DNA of 64,000 bases from Mobula hypostoma (GCF_963921235.1 NC_086108.1:80354001-80418000); one strand, 5' to 3'; positions 13,739 through 26,650 are shown, counted from the stretch's first letter. Numbers and translations are program-made. Notes: generated by a model from the letters alone, not told the origin.

Positions 13739-16499
13739 TAATAAACACTGCAAATTGCCCCTAGTGTATAGGTGAGGGGTAGATGTGGGAAGCTGTCAGA
13801 ATTAGGAGGAATGGGATTAATGTAAATGCCTGGTTGATGGTATGTGTTTCATTATGTAGTCGAGGGGCCTGATTCTGTGCTATATTTTTCTATGACTCAA
13901 AGATAAATATGTTCCCTGATCAGTAATAATTTTATAATATTATATCAAATTGGATCAAATGCATATTTCAACACAGGTTGCCTTTCATACATACTTCATC
14001 AAACAGAAAATACTTGCATTAAAATCTTGCAAACAAATCACATAGCTGCTAGTAAATAGCATAATTTAGAAATAATTATTGAGGTTGTATTTTTCTCTTG
14101 ATGTTAAAGATGATGTTGTTGCAAGAATTTGATACTGTGCTTTTGATGAAACATTGCTCTTTATGTTACATTATCTTTGCAATTTTGTCACAGATATAGA
14201 AATAATACATTCAGGAAATAAACAGTGTGCTATAAAATATAATGTTTTCCATATTATGACTAAAGTTACCTTTCAGCTATTTAGGACCTCATTGCTTTGA
14301 CATTCTGTTAATAAAAGCTGGAAAGAACCAAAACTTTAGCTGAGTATATCAAAAGAGAAGGATTCAACACATTTTAATAAAAGATCTTTTTTTATGTTTA
14401 TGGCAAAAAGTCAGTTTTCAGAAGCAGGCTAAATCAAAACGTAGTCTGCCTTATGTGTATAATTATATTCCTGTCATACAAAATATATAACGTGGCAAGC
14501 ACATTCCCCCGTTCCCTTCTGATATGTGGAAACTAATATAACTGTCAAACAGACCTAAGGATACAGGGGTCAGTTTAATATACATAAATCCAAGACCCCA
14601 TTTAAAAATAGGAATGCAGCAGATTGATTCATCTGTCTGATTCATCAAACTGATTATTGCACGTTTAAGGTAATTGTCAACTCTTGGGCTGTGAAGCTGT
14701 TGCAAAAGGAAGTATCAACAAAAATATAGCTTCCACATTACGGGAGTCAAGACTGCACACAGAAACTGCTGTGAACCTGTGGAGCTGGAAAGTGGTCTGT
14801 GTAAAAAAGAAATTAGAGCATTTAACTCAGTGGAAACAATAAAAGGCTCAACTTATTCTTATCCTTAAGGATTTAAGAAAAATACAGCAAATCGAATCCA
14901 TATGTGCAGATCCCACTTGAAGCAAATATTTTTGCAATATTTGGATATATGTAACTTATGACTAACGCCTAAATGTATTCCTTACAAAATGCAAAAGGTA
15001 AAGGTCGATTATAACAACTGCAGTACAGATGGAGTTCATTCGGCACATTCCCCTTTGCCAGATCTAGGTCTTTTATCTGGAGTCAGTCTCATCTCATTTT
15101 CCTTTCCTTCGCCCATTTACTATTCATATTTGCTGCTGAGAACCAAGCACTTCACTTCTGGAGCCAAGATAATAGAGGGTGAAGAGGACATCAGATTTCC
15201 ACTGGGGATGTCAATAAGTCAAAAGTTTGTTACAGATAATTGGATGGCTAAATTTATAACTCTACTGCTTAAATCCTGCAGAAATAACTAAATTTAAAAT
15301 GGTGAATATTGGAGAATGAGGCAAATACTTGGGTGTTTTAACATAGAATAATAAAAGAGATACTGATTATTCACAAAAACAGGTATACTTTTATTAACTT
15401 TACCTTCACTAATGCCACTCAAAAAAATTACCATTCCCTTCCTCAGTCAACCATGAAACATATCTGTAGAAAAAAAAATTCAAACTTCAACAAGTTAACA
15501 AGATGGTCTCTAAAACCAGCTGAACCATTATGGCTAAGACACTGCATACTTGGCATTCAATGAAGTCCAACATTAAGGAACCTGAGGTATATAATGCCGT
15601 GCCCAAAGCAGGAGCTAAGCAGCACACAAGCTTGAGTTAGCAGGTGATGAAAGAAGATCCAACCATAGTAGTCAATCCTTCCATAGACCATCAATTTGAC
15701 TTCATAGGAGGGTTGACTAAATGCTTGATGAAAGAAATTGACACTAAGAGTAACAGAGAAGGTGCAATGAAGGTGATCAGCTGGGAATTCTGAGCATTGT
15801 TGGATCTGTAGATGATATTCTCCAGAAGTCAAGAATGAGTTGCAAAAGTAAGGTGGAAAAAGTACAAGGAGCTGAATAAAGAACCTGCTTTGCCGGTACT
15901 GAAAATTAGATCAGTGATTCCCAAACTGAACGATATCGCCCCCTAGGGGTGGTGGGAGTTTTTAAAGACGGATAAAGATAAAGGAGGCACTGGGTAGCAT
16001 GGGATTACAGTCTTAATTTAAGAAGTGAATTACAGTACTTATTACAAGTATTTGATCCTCAGTGCCTCATAATTGATTACAATGATCACATAATCACCTC
16101 ACCCTTGCTAAACCATTGTTCTCTTAGACTTTGATTGAAGCATGTTATAGTTGCTGAAAGCAATGTGACACTTCTGTATTTAGCATATCATGAGAGTCTT
16201 GATTGAAAATATTATTTTATTTCTCGACCTGGCCTTTGCATCATTGCCATTCGCTACTGTAGTACAGTGTTAATTAGCACGAATCCCCTACTCTAATCAC
16301 GTAGTGATTTATTACCAGTGAATTGGGGTGTGGTGTTCAACGGGGTGAAGTTCAGAAACTCCCCTTTCAAATGGTCTTAACTGCATTTGACTAGACCACT
16401 GCTGAACCGAGATCTTGCTTTCCCCCAGAGAGTTAGATTTTGTCTGAACTATGAAAACATCATAACTTTCCCCTTATTAGTCACAGCACTTAAAGTTCA

Positions 16500-16720
16500 A
16501 CTTAAACAAGTGGTGGGTTCATGGAATGCACTGCTGGCGAAGGTGGTAGAGATGGATACAAAAGTGTCTTTTAAGAGACTCTTGGGGAAATGGAGCTTAG
16601 AAAAATAGAGGGCTATGCAGTAGGGAAATTCTAGGCAGCTTCTAGAGTAGGTTACATGGTCGGCACAACGTTGTGGGCCGAAGGGCCTGTAATTGCTGTA
16701 AATTTCCTGTGCTTCTGCGC
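16500..16720 (+). mobile_element. CR1 3' end fragment inside the hAT element
   Basis: Similar to the CR1 3' segment at 60780-61105 (GTAGGGAAATTCTAGGC...TTGTGGGCCGAAGGGC). Confidence 0.75.
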
Positions 16721-17838
16721 TTTCTGTGTAAACAATAGGCGATTGACCATGGTCGTTAATCCATAACAAAGATGGCAGAAACAGACCAAATGAAAAAGAA
16801 GTGTAGGCAATATAGTGTGGAGTATCTGAAATAAGGAGTTATACCAACACCAAGCAACCAATCTGTCTGTTATATGAAAAGGTCTGTTTTAAAAAAAAAA
16901 TGAGGTAGTGAAACCGTTCAGGCTCCTTGAACATCTGGAAGAGAATGCATTGTGATAAAACAAACAAAAATTTGGCTAATTTTCAGTCACTTTTGGAAAA
17001 CTTTAGAAACAGAAAACACTTCAAAACATGTTTTCCAGCACTTCACAACAAAACAGTGATGGTTTGCGTGCTTCATACAACATTTCATTCCTCATTGCTA
17101 AATCTGGAAATCCCCATGCAATTGTAGAGGAACTAATTCTGCCAGCAGTATGGGAGGTTCTGAGTACAGCTTTGCATAAGTCACCAGACCTAATAATTAG
17201 AGTGATTCCACTCAGCAACAACTCTATTCAAAGACAAATAGATGAAATATTTAAGAATGTGGAAGACATTGTGCAACATAGTAAAGACAACAAAGTTTGC
17301 TCTACAGTTGGATAAGTCAACTTTGACAGGCAATAAATCTTTGCTTCTTGGTTTTGTTCACTTCATAAAAGGTGAATGCATGGTTCAAGAGTTGTTATTT
17401 TGCAAGGGAACGAGAAACAGATATGAAGGCAGAGTCAATATTCCAGGTTGTTGAACAATTTTTCAAAGAGAAGGTCATTTTGCTGACCAACATTCTTGCT
17501 TGTGCAACAGATGGGGCACTATCAATGACAGGACACCACTGTGAGGTTATTACTTTCTTGAAAAAAACTGTATCTAACATATTTACCATTCATTGTGTAA
17601 TTCACAGACAACATCTTGTCACAAGAAAACCTAAGTGATGGGCTGAACAAATCATTAAATGTTGTTATCACATACTCATGTTGTTATCAGAAGTCTCATG
17701 CTCTCAGTTCTTGACTATTTGGGGTGCATTGAATCGTGAATGATGAACAGATGCTGCAAGCACAACTCAGATGGCTCTCAAACAACGTAAGTGATTGGCT
17801 GCACAAATCTTTAAATACTGTTATTACAGCAGTAAATA

Positions 17839-18389
17839 TTGGTTGTTGTAGTCAGGAGAGGTATTAGGGGTAAATTCCCAATGGCATGCATTTCAAATGG
17901 CCTCAAACAATCAAGTCCGGCTCCTGGCCTTTACATGTGGCTTAGCTACTAAGCCTGGTGAAACTGTTTCTGCTGACAGGAGAAGGAGCAGAGGTAGGTT
18001 ACTGGTGCCTTAAAACAGTCACTTGAGGTAGATGGGACTTGTTAGTCATGGTTGGCAGCTTATCTAGAAGGAAAACTCTGATCTCAAACCTTCGCTGCCT
18101 TGTGGCTATATCCATTCATGGGGAAGTCTTTGGGAGTAAACCCTGAGGAAAAGTCCGGAGCTGGAGTGCTTAAGGCAGTCTTTCATTGAGTTCAATGCTG
18201 ACTGGCAAGTCCCGCGAAGACACTGGTGCCAAACTGTATCGGTTCTGGTTGTTCCTTAGGATTCATCAGCTGCCTATACAGGGGGAGCCTGCTGCTTTTG
18301 CAACAGCTAGCTGTCTATATCACGTTGGCCTGGCTTGCGAACTGACTTGCCTGCAACAGCCACGGTCAACCCTGACCCATGGAGGCCAC
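17839..18389 (+). mobile_element. Non-coding retroposon (~550 bp) inserted into the hAT transposase gene
   Basis: Flanked by an AAATA duplication. Removing it restores the transposase frame TVITAVNKVKS. Confidence 0.75.
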
Positions 18390-21300
18390 AAATAAAGTCA
18401 AGTCCTACACTCTTGACTCTCAGCTATTTTGAGAGCTTTGTATTGAGAGTAATGAACAGTTTGAAATGTTGCAAGCAGGAGTCAAATGGCTGTCAAAAGG
18501 AAACTGCCTGAGATGCTTTTATGCACTTTCTGAAACTGTGATAAGATTCTTTAAAACGTAAATAGCTCATTCAGTTACCAACTCAAGAAGATTAGGCATT
18601 ACTTGCTTATTTGTCAGAATTATTCACAAAGTTGAATGAAATCGTTCTTCAATTGCAAGGAAATGATGTGAATCTGATCAACATCAAATCAGTCATCTCT
18701 AAATTTCTGTCCTTGTTAAGCTTCAATGCAAAATGACTTTGAGCTGAAGCTAAGGTTTAAAAAATTATATCAAGATCAAGTTGCTGAAAGAAATCTCTGA
18801 GCGCTATCCTACACTGTGGAAAAAGGTGAAGATGTTCCTTATTGCCTTCCCAACATCATATTTAGTGTAGTGCAGTTTCAGCACAGTTGCCCAACTTCTT
18901 TCAAAACAAAACAGATTGCAAATTACTGAACGTGGGGATCTGAGATGGTTTCTGAGTAACATTCAGCCTGAAGTTGAGAAGCTGATATCATTACACCAAA
19001 CCCATCCATCTCACTGAAGGGTGAAAAAGTAATGATGTAGTGAATAGTTGGACGACTAATGTATACTGTACTCTAAAATTATTGATGAAAATTGGTTTTA
19101 TTGTAATTAAATCAAGAAATAATTTTATTTGAGCTTGAAATAGATTTAAAATCTTTTTCAACTATTTGTCACTGCTTTGAATTTGCAGTTCCTATTTTCT
19201 TTCACTGTACATCATTAATCAAAAATCTCCATAGCTTTTATATTATTCACTGGATAGGAGGAGGAGGACACCAGGGATGTGGTATGAGAGTCAGTGCAGC
19301 GGTAACCCAAAAAGGTTTGGGAACTAGGTAGTCTATGACACAACAAAGATCATCTGGGATTTACTTACACTGCCATGACAAAGGCTTACAGACAAAAAAA
19401 AAAACTACAGAAAGTACAGAACCTATGCTACATATTACTAAACATTCACTGAACATTTACGGACAAATAGATAATTATAAAAATATACAAGCAAGCACAA
19501 AGCAAGTTAAACTACAAGAAAAATGACAATTTATACCCTAATCCAACAACAGCCCAACATTGCAGGCACCGATGATAGAGGAAAGTGCTTCGGGCATGAC
19601 TGAGAAATCATGTTTCAGTCCTGGAGAAGAATACAAGGATAAGGTAGGATAAAATAATTTACTAAAGAAGAGAATTAAAAATTTAAAGTTATGGAAGATA
19701 GGAACGCATATTGTCTGCACAAGTAAAGGGAAAAATAGGACAGGATATGGGTCAGCACAATGTCAGATGACTGATGGAAAGGTGGAATGCAATATGGAGC
19801 AGAATTGAAATAGTGACAAGGCAGGTTAAGGACCTTCACTGATGGTTGAACTAAGATTGGTTCATATTCAAAGATGTTGAGATTTCAAAGCATTCAAGAC
19901 GGAGGCCAAGGAAGGAAGTGAAGTCTTTAGCAGGATTTTGGCAAAGGCCAAACAAAATAATCATCCCTATGCTTAGAGGAAATGGAAGTTCACCCCAAAA
20001 TTGGATATCGGCCAGGCAGTGTGCTCGGATGGTGGAATCGAGGAGGATAGAAGGCACAAATATTGTGGGCAATTTGTGTGTAGAGGGAGAGGACGAAGAT
20101 CACAAGCTGACCGTAATGTTCGAGGAGCTGTATGAATGAAATATGTATGGGGGGTGGGGGTTAAGGTAGAGGGGATTAATAACAGACCAAAGGAAGGAAG
20201 GAATGGTATGGTGTTAACATACAAAAAAGTGAGAAGATGGAGTAAGAGTAACAAAGACAACTAGAGTAGGAATATGGGTGCAGTGGGAGGAAAAGAGTTG
20301 GAGCATGATCTCATATTAAAGGGAAGTGGGAAAGCCTGGATGGTGGGATAACGACTTTGGAAAGAACCATCTTACCTGCTTTACCCAAAACTTCCCAGTC
20401 GATAGGAAAGCAAAAGAAAGATACAACATAAGAAAATTTGTAGAAGAAGGGAAACTAAAGGAAATATATTATGATATAATATGATAAATATGATCATATC
20501 ATTAGCATATAATGTAAAAAGAATCTGTAATACCACTAATGACCAGCAGCCAACCAGAAAAGGCTCCTTTATTTCACTCTTTGCCTCCTGCCAGTCAACC
20601 AATCTTCTATCCACACTGGTATCTTTCATGTAACATCATGTACTCTTATCTTGTTAAGCAGCCTCATGTGTGGCACCTTGTCAAAGACCTTCTGAAAATC
20701 CAAGTAAACAACATTCACTGACTCTCTTTTGTCTTTCTTACCTATTATTTCTTCAAGGAATTCCAACAGATTTGTCAGGCAAGATTTCCCCTTAAGGAAA
20801 CCATGCTGACTTTGGCATCCAAGTACCCTGAAACCTCATCCTTAATAATGGAATTCAACCACATCTTCCCAACCACTGAGGTCAGGCTAACTGGTCTATA
20901 ATGTCCTTTCTTCTGCCTCCTTTCCTTCTTAAACAGTGGAGTGACATTTGCAATTTTCCAGTCCTCCAGAACCATTCCAAAATATAGTGATTCTTGAAAG
21001 ACCATTACTAATTGCTCCACAATCTCCTTAGCTACTGCTTTCAGAACCCTGGGGTGTATTTCATCTGACCCAGATGACTTATCTACCTTCAGACCTTTCA
21101 GCTTACCCAGCACCTTCTCCTTAGTAATAGTACCTACATTCACTTCTGCCCATGGCACTCTTAAATATCTGGCATTCTTCTTATGCCTTCCACAGTGAAG
21201 ACTGAAGCAAAATACTTATTAAGTTCGTCCACCATTACGACCACTGTAGCATCATTTTCCTGCATTCCAATATCCACTCTCATCTCTCTTTTAATCTTTA

Positions 21301-21844
21301 TATATCCGAAGAGCCTTTTTCTACCCTCTTTTATTTTTTGGCTTCCTTATCTTCATCGTTCAGCTTTTTAGTTGCCTTATGTTGTTTTTTTTAAAAAGCT
21401 TCTCAGTCTTTTAATTTTCCATTCATTTTTGCTATATTATATGCTTTCATGCTGTCTTTGACTTCCCTTGTCAGCCACGGTTGCCTCAAAATACTTCTTC
21501 ATCTTTGGCATGTATTTATCCTGCCCCTTCCGAATTACCTCCAGAAACTCCAGCCATTGCTGTTCTGCTGTCATCCCTGATAGTGTCCCTTTCCAATCAA
21601 ATTGGCCAGCTCCTCTCTCATGCCTCTGTAATTCACTTTACTCCACGGAAATGCTGATACGTCTGACTTTTTATCTCCTCCCTCTCAAACTGCAGGGTGA
21701 ATTATATCATATTATGATCATTGCCTCCTAAGGGTTCCTTTAGTTTAAATTCCCTAATCTAAAATGGTTCATTACTCAACACCAAAACTAGATTTGCCTT
21801 TCCCCTATTGGGCTCAACCTCAAGCTGCTCTAAAAAGTCATTCC

Positions 21845-22290
21845 CATAAGACCATGAGACATAGGAGCAGAATTAGGCCATTCAGACCATCGAATCTGCT
21901 TCACTATTCCATCATGGCTGATCCCAGATCCCACTCAACCCCATACACCTGCCTTTTTGCCATATTTTTTGATAGCCTGACAGATCAGGAAATTATCAGC
22001 TTCTGCCTTAAAGGTACCATATACCCATGGACTTGGCCTCTACCATAGTCTGTGGCAGAGCATTCCACAGATTCACTACTCTCTGGCTAGAAAAAATTCT
22101 TCCTTACCTCTGTTCTAGAAGGTCACTCTTCAATTTTGTGGCTGTGCTCTCTAATTCTGGAGACTCCCACCATCGGAGACATTCTTTTCACATCCACCCT
22201 ATCTAGTCCTTTCAACATTCAGTAGGTTTCAATGAGATTCCCCTGCATTCTTCTAAATTCTAGTGAGTACAGGCCTAAAGCTGCCAAACA
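21845..22290 (-). mobile_element. CR1 3' fragment nested in the older CR1
   Basis: (CATAAGAC)-type tail and NLWNALPQ-type coding remnant interrupting the host endonuclease region. Confidence 0.75.
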
Positions 22291-23599
22291 GCAATCTCAT
22301 TGGCATTCTACAAATTCCCTTTTCTTGGGATCCAGCGCCAACCTGATTTTCCCAATCTAGCTGCATATTGAAATGCCCCACGACTATCATAACATTGTCG
22401 TTTTTCACATCCCTTTTCTATCTCCCATTGTAATTTGTATCCCAGATGCTGGCTAGTATCTGGAGTTCTGTATGTACCTGTAACTCCCATTAGGGTCTTT
22501 TTATCTATATAGTTTCTTAACTCTACATCTTCTGATCCTATGTCTCCTCTTTCCAAGGGTTTGGTTCCATTATTTACCAAGAGGACCATGCAACCCCGTC
22601 TGCCTAGCTGCCTGTCTTTTGACACAATGTGTATCCTCGGATGTTACGCTCCCAACTATGATCTCAGTCATGCCCACAACATCATACCTGCCGTTCTCTA
22701 ACTGTGCTACATGATCATCTATCTTATTCTGTATACAGCGTGCATTCAAATAGAACACCCTTCTGTCCTGTTTCCATCACCCTTTTCGATTTTGCCCCCA
22801 TGTTACACTTCGACTCATCCTACAGACCGCAATTTTGCTCTGTCATCTGCTTCTCCTTCCTCCCAGTCCCAGTGCCCACTGCATCTCCTTGTATACCTAC
22901 CGCCCCATCCTCAGCCCTATCACTCTGGTTCCCATCCTCCTTCCAAGTTAGTTTAAATCTTCCCCAACACCTCTAATAAACCTGCCTGCAAGGATATTGG
23001 TTCCCAGTCCTATTTTTCCATACCTACCACAGAACAGATCCCAATGATCCAGAAATCCAAAAACCACTCATTCATCTATTTTATTGTCCTACTCTTGCCC
23101 TGACTAGTATGTAGCACTCACTGCGCAGGACCTCTTCCTCCTTTCTACCCATGTCATTGGTTCCAATATGTACCATGATCTCTGGCTGCTCACCCTCCCT
23201 CTTAAGAATCTTCTGCAGCAGCTCTGAGACACCCTGCACCCTAGCACCCAGGAGGCATTACACCATCCTGGCCTCTTTTATGCAGTCACAGAACCTCCTG
23301 TCCATCCCCCTATCTACTGAGACGCCTATCACTATCACTCTGCCTGACTTCCCTGCTGAGCCTCAGAGCTGAATTAACCGCTAACTCCCCTTACTTCTCC
23401 TGATAATCAGCCATCTGTTATCTGAATCCTGCCTTCAATGTGTGACCACCTCAGTAAAAGTCTCATCTATGAGGCTTTTAGCCTCCCAGATTGTCCTGAG
23501 TGCATCCAGCTCCTGCTCCAGTTCCTTGGCCTTGTCAGTCAGGAGCAGAAGTTGGATGTGTTTCCTGCAGATGTATTAATCAGGGAGACTATTAGGTGC

Positions 23600-23686
23600 A
23601 CACACAACACGCTGGAGGAACTCAGTAGGTCGGGCAGCAGCCATGGAAATGAACAGCCAATGTTTCGGGCCAAGACCCTTCGTCAG
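23600..23686 (-). mobile_element. 87-bp Penelope pLTR/hammerhead mini-insert with a 13-bp TSD
   Basis: TSD GACTATTAGGTGC at 23587-23599 and 23687-23699. Minus strand reads CTGACGA-AGGGTCTTGGCCC-GAAAC. Confidence 0.85.
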
Positions 23687-24231
23687 GACTATTAGGTGCC
23701 CTGCGATCTCACATCTTACAGGAGGAGTTTTCCACTGCCTTAACTACAACCTTGCCTACACTAGTTAACACCTTTGACTCTAACTTCTTAAGCTCAAGTT
23801 CTACAATCAACTAAATGACTCCAAAAGACTCAGCACTTTCAGGCTACATCTAAGTCAGGCTGCATCTGTGGGAAAAAGAAACAGAGCTAACATTTCAGGT
23901 CAAAGACCCATCATCAGAACTCAGAAGGAGAGATTACATTCTTGGCTTACAGTGTGCAAAATCATACAACCATGGCTGTAAGAGGACACAGAATACATCT
24001 CAGAATTCCACTATAACCTGCACACTACTTAGCTGTTTACTTAATTATCTTACAGTGATGGCTTCAGCATGCTTTAGTATCAATGAAAAATCTTCCAGTA
24101 CTGATAAAAGTGCAAATAGTAACAGTAAGTATGGTGCAACAGCGTGATGAAAAAAATCAGAATATAACTGTCGAAGGACTTGCTTTCTCTTTACATCATT
24201 ATTCAACAATTGAGAATTGCAGTCAATATTA

Positions 24232-25510
24232 GACCATAAATCCATAGCAGCAGAACTAGTCCATTCAGCCCATTAAGTCTGTTCCATCATTTCATGATGG
24301 CTGATCCATTTCCTTCTCAATCCCATTCTCCCGCCCTTTCCTCATACCCTTTCAAGTCCTGACTGATCAAAAATCTACCAACCTCGGCCTTAAGTACTCC
24401 CAATGACCTTGCCTCCACAGCCACCTGTGGTAATGAATTCCACAGATTCTCCACCCTCTGACTAAAGAAATTCCACCTCATTTCTGTTCTAAATGTACAT
24501 CCCTCTATTCTGAGTTTGTGTCCTTTGGTTCTAGACTCCCCCACTATAGGAAACATACTTTCCGCATCCAATCTATCTAGAACTTTCAATGAGATCCACC
24601 ACCACCCACCCATCCACCCGCATTCTTCTAAATTCCAACCAGTACAGGCTAGGCCCGGAGCCATCAGACACTCCTCATGTGATAAGCTTTTCATACCCAG
24701 ATTAATTTTTGTGAATCTGCTTTGAACCCTCTCCAACGTCAGCAAATCCTTTCACATAAAGGGCCCGAAACTGCTCACACTACTCTAAGTGAGATCTCAG
24801 CAGTGCCTTATGAAGCCTCAACATTACATCCTTGTTTTTATCTTCTAGTTCTCTCTAAATGAATGCTAACATTGCATTTGCCTTCGCCACCACCAGTTCA
24901 ACTGGCAGGTTAACCTTTAGGGAATCCTGCACAAGGGCTCCCAAGTCCCTTCGCACCTTGAATTTTTAAATTTTCTTCCTGTTTAGAAAATTGGCTATGC
25001 TCTTACTCCTTCTTCCAAAGTCCATGACCATACACTTCCCAACAATGAATTTCATCTACTACTTCTTTGCCCATTCTCCTAATCTGTCTAAAACCTTCTG
25101 CAGACTCCCTGCTTCCTCAACACTAACCGCCCCTCCACCTATCTTCATATCTTCTGCAAACTTGGCCACAAAGCCATCAATTCTGTCATCCTAATCATTG
25201 ACACATTATGTAAAAAGAAGCGGTCCCAACACCGACCCCTGCGGAATACCACTAGTCACTGGCAGCCAACCAAAGCTTCTTTTATTCCCACTCGTTACCT
25301 CTTGCCAATCAGCCAATGCTCTATCCATGCTAATATCCTTCCTGTAGTACCATGGGCTCTGATCTTGCTAAGCAGCCTCCTGTGCGGTACCTTGTCAAAG
25401 GCTTTCTGAAAATCCAAATCCACAATATGCACAGATTTTTCTTTGTCTATCCTGCTTGTTATTTCCGCAAAGAATTCCAACAGATTTGTCAGGCAAGATT
25501 TTCCCTTGAG
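24232..25510 (-). mobile_element. Degraded 5'-truncated CR1 (RT to 3' end)
   Basis: ORFs 25295..25543 (KSCLTNLLEFF, DFQKAFDKVPH) and 24317..24745 (FFSQRVENLWNSLP). Confidence 0.9.
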
Positions 25511-25967
25511 AAGATTTTCCCTTCCTATTTTATCATGTGCCATATGTGAGATGGAAACATGGGAGTGGAATTAAATACCACGGGCAAAGAGTTGTTGATC
25601 ATAACATTTGGACACACTTGTTATCTGCCTGTGATTTAATATTGTTTTACTCTGCAAAGGAATTGAAAGCATCACTGGTTAGATTTACCTGTTTCCTTGA
25701 GCAATTTGTGGTTTCTAGCAGCCACATTCCAGTTGACACAGATCCACATAAGTGTAATGCCTGCATATTTAAAACTCTTGACTGGTGAGTGAAGACTAAA
25801 TGTTTTAATAAAAGGATGTTGCCCTTACATCACATTTTATACTCTTTAAAATATGGTGACTCTTACTTGCTTGGCAAATACATCAGCAAAGTGGGCTGAA
25901 TAACAAAACAGAATCAAAATCAGAATCAGGTTTATTACCACCGGCATGTGTCGTGAAATTTGTTAAC

Positions 25968-26039
25968 ACGTCGACTGCGCCTCTTCCTATAGATGCTGCT
26001 TGGCCTGCTGCGTTCACCAGCAACTTTGATGTGTGTTGC
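25968..26039 (+). mobile_element. 72-bp Penelope pLTR mini-insert with an 8-bp TSD, inside a Rex1-type 3' tail
   Basis: TSD TTGTTAAC at 25960-25967 and 26040-26047. Confidence 0.8.
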
Positions 26040-26650
26040 TTGTTAACTTAGCAGCAGCAGTTCAATGCAATACATAATATATAAGAAGAAAATAAAATAA
26101 TAATAATAATAATAAATAAATAAGTAAATTAATTACAGTATACAGTATTACAAAAGTGAAGTTTACCATTTCCAGAAATATTACTAAATAAGAAACCAAA
26201 TCATATCTACAACATTAAGTAGATGGGTTTGTTAGACAGAAAGGTCCACACTACCCCTTCACAAATGATTGCAAATCCCAAGCTGTTGATGGAACATGCA
26301 AGTAATGTGGGTGAACACATCATAAAAACATGATGCATTGAATGAACAAGGTCATTCTGCTCTTCAGTGTTCCTGCCATAGGTCATTACCATTTATTTGT
26401 AACAGGGTGTTCTTGCGATATGCAAGTGAGAAGAGTGCCAATTTTCCAAGACAAAACTTCACAGGGTCCCTCTTCCTTTCCCCTTCTCTATTTATCAGCT
26501 TTGCAATCAGCAGGAAGCTAAACTGGACTCAAACACCAAAGATTCTGCAGATGCTGGAAATCTTGAGCAATACACACAAAATGCTGGAGGAACTCAGCAA
26601 GTTAGGCAGCATCTATGGAGGGGAATAAACAGTCGACATTTCAGGCTGAG

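Larger units (their letters stand above)
15912..19328 (+). mobile_element. Degraded hAT (Charlie/Buster; ZBED8/SCAND3-like) DNA transposon
   Basis: Termini CAGTGATTCCCAAACT ... GGTTTGGGAACT. Broken transposase from ~16772 (KKKCRQYSVEYLK; DGLRASYNISFLIAKSG; ACATDGA; IHCVIHRQHL; LIAFPTSYLV) with many stops and frameshifts. Confidence 0.88.
20520..23770 (-). mobile_element. Old, near full-length CR1 with ORF1 (zinc finger + SGNH esterase) and ORF2 remnants
   Basis: ORF2: FYLNARCIQNK, EDWKIANVTPLFKK. ORF1 esterase block at ~23150-23280 (CLLGARVQGVSE...IMVHIGTND). Zinc-finger/coiled-coil remnant at ~23450-23730. Confidence 0.85.

Noticed and set aside
15550..15900. Exon-like segment on the minus strand (acceptor TTTTCAG, donor GTATGC)
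   Set aside because: All three frames contain a stop before the donor and the peptide is not recognisable.
16772..19020. Domesticated ZBED8/SCAND3-like gene
   Set aside because: Many stops and frameshifts, a retroposon insertion and TIR remnants show a decayed transposon.
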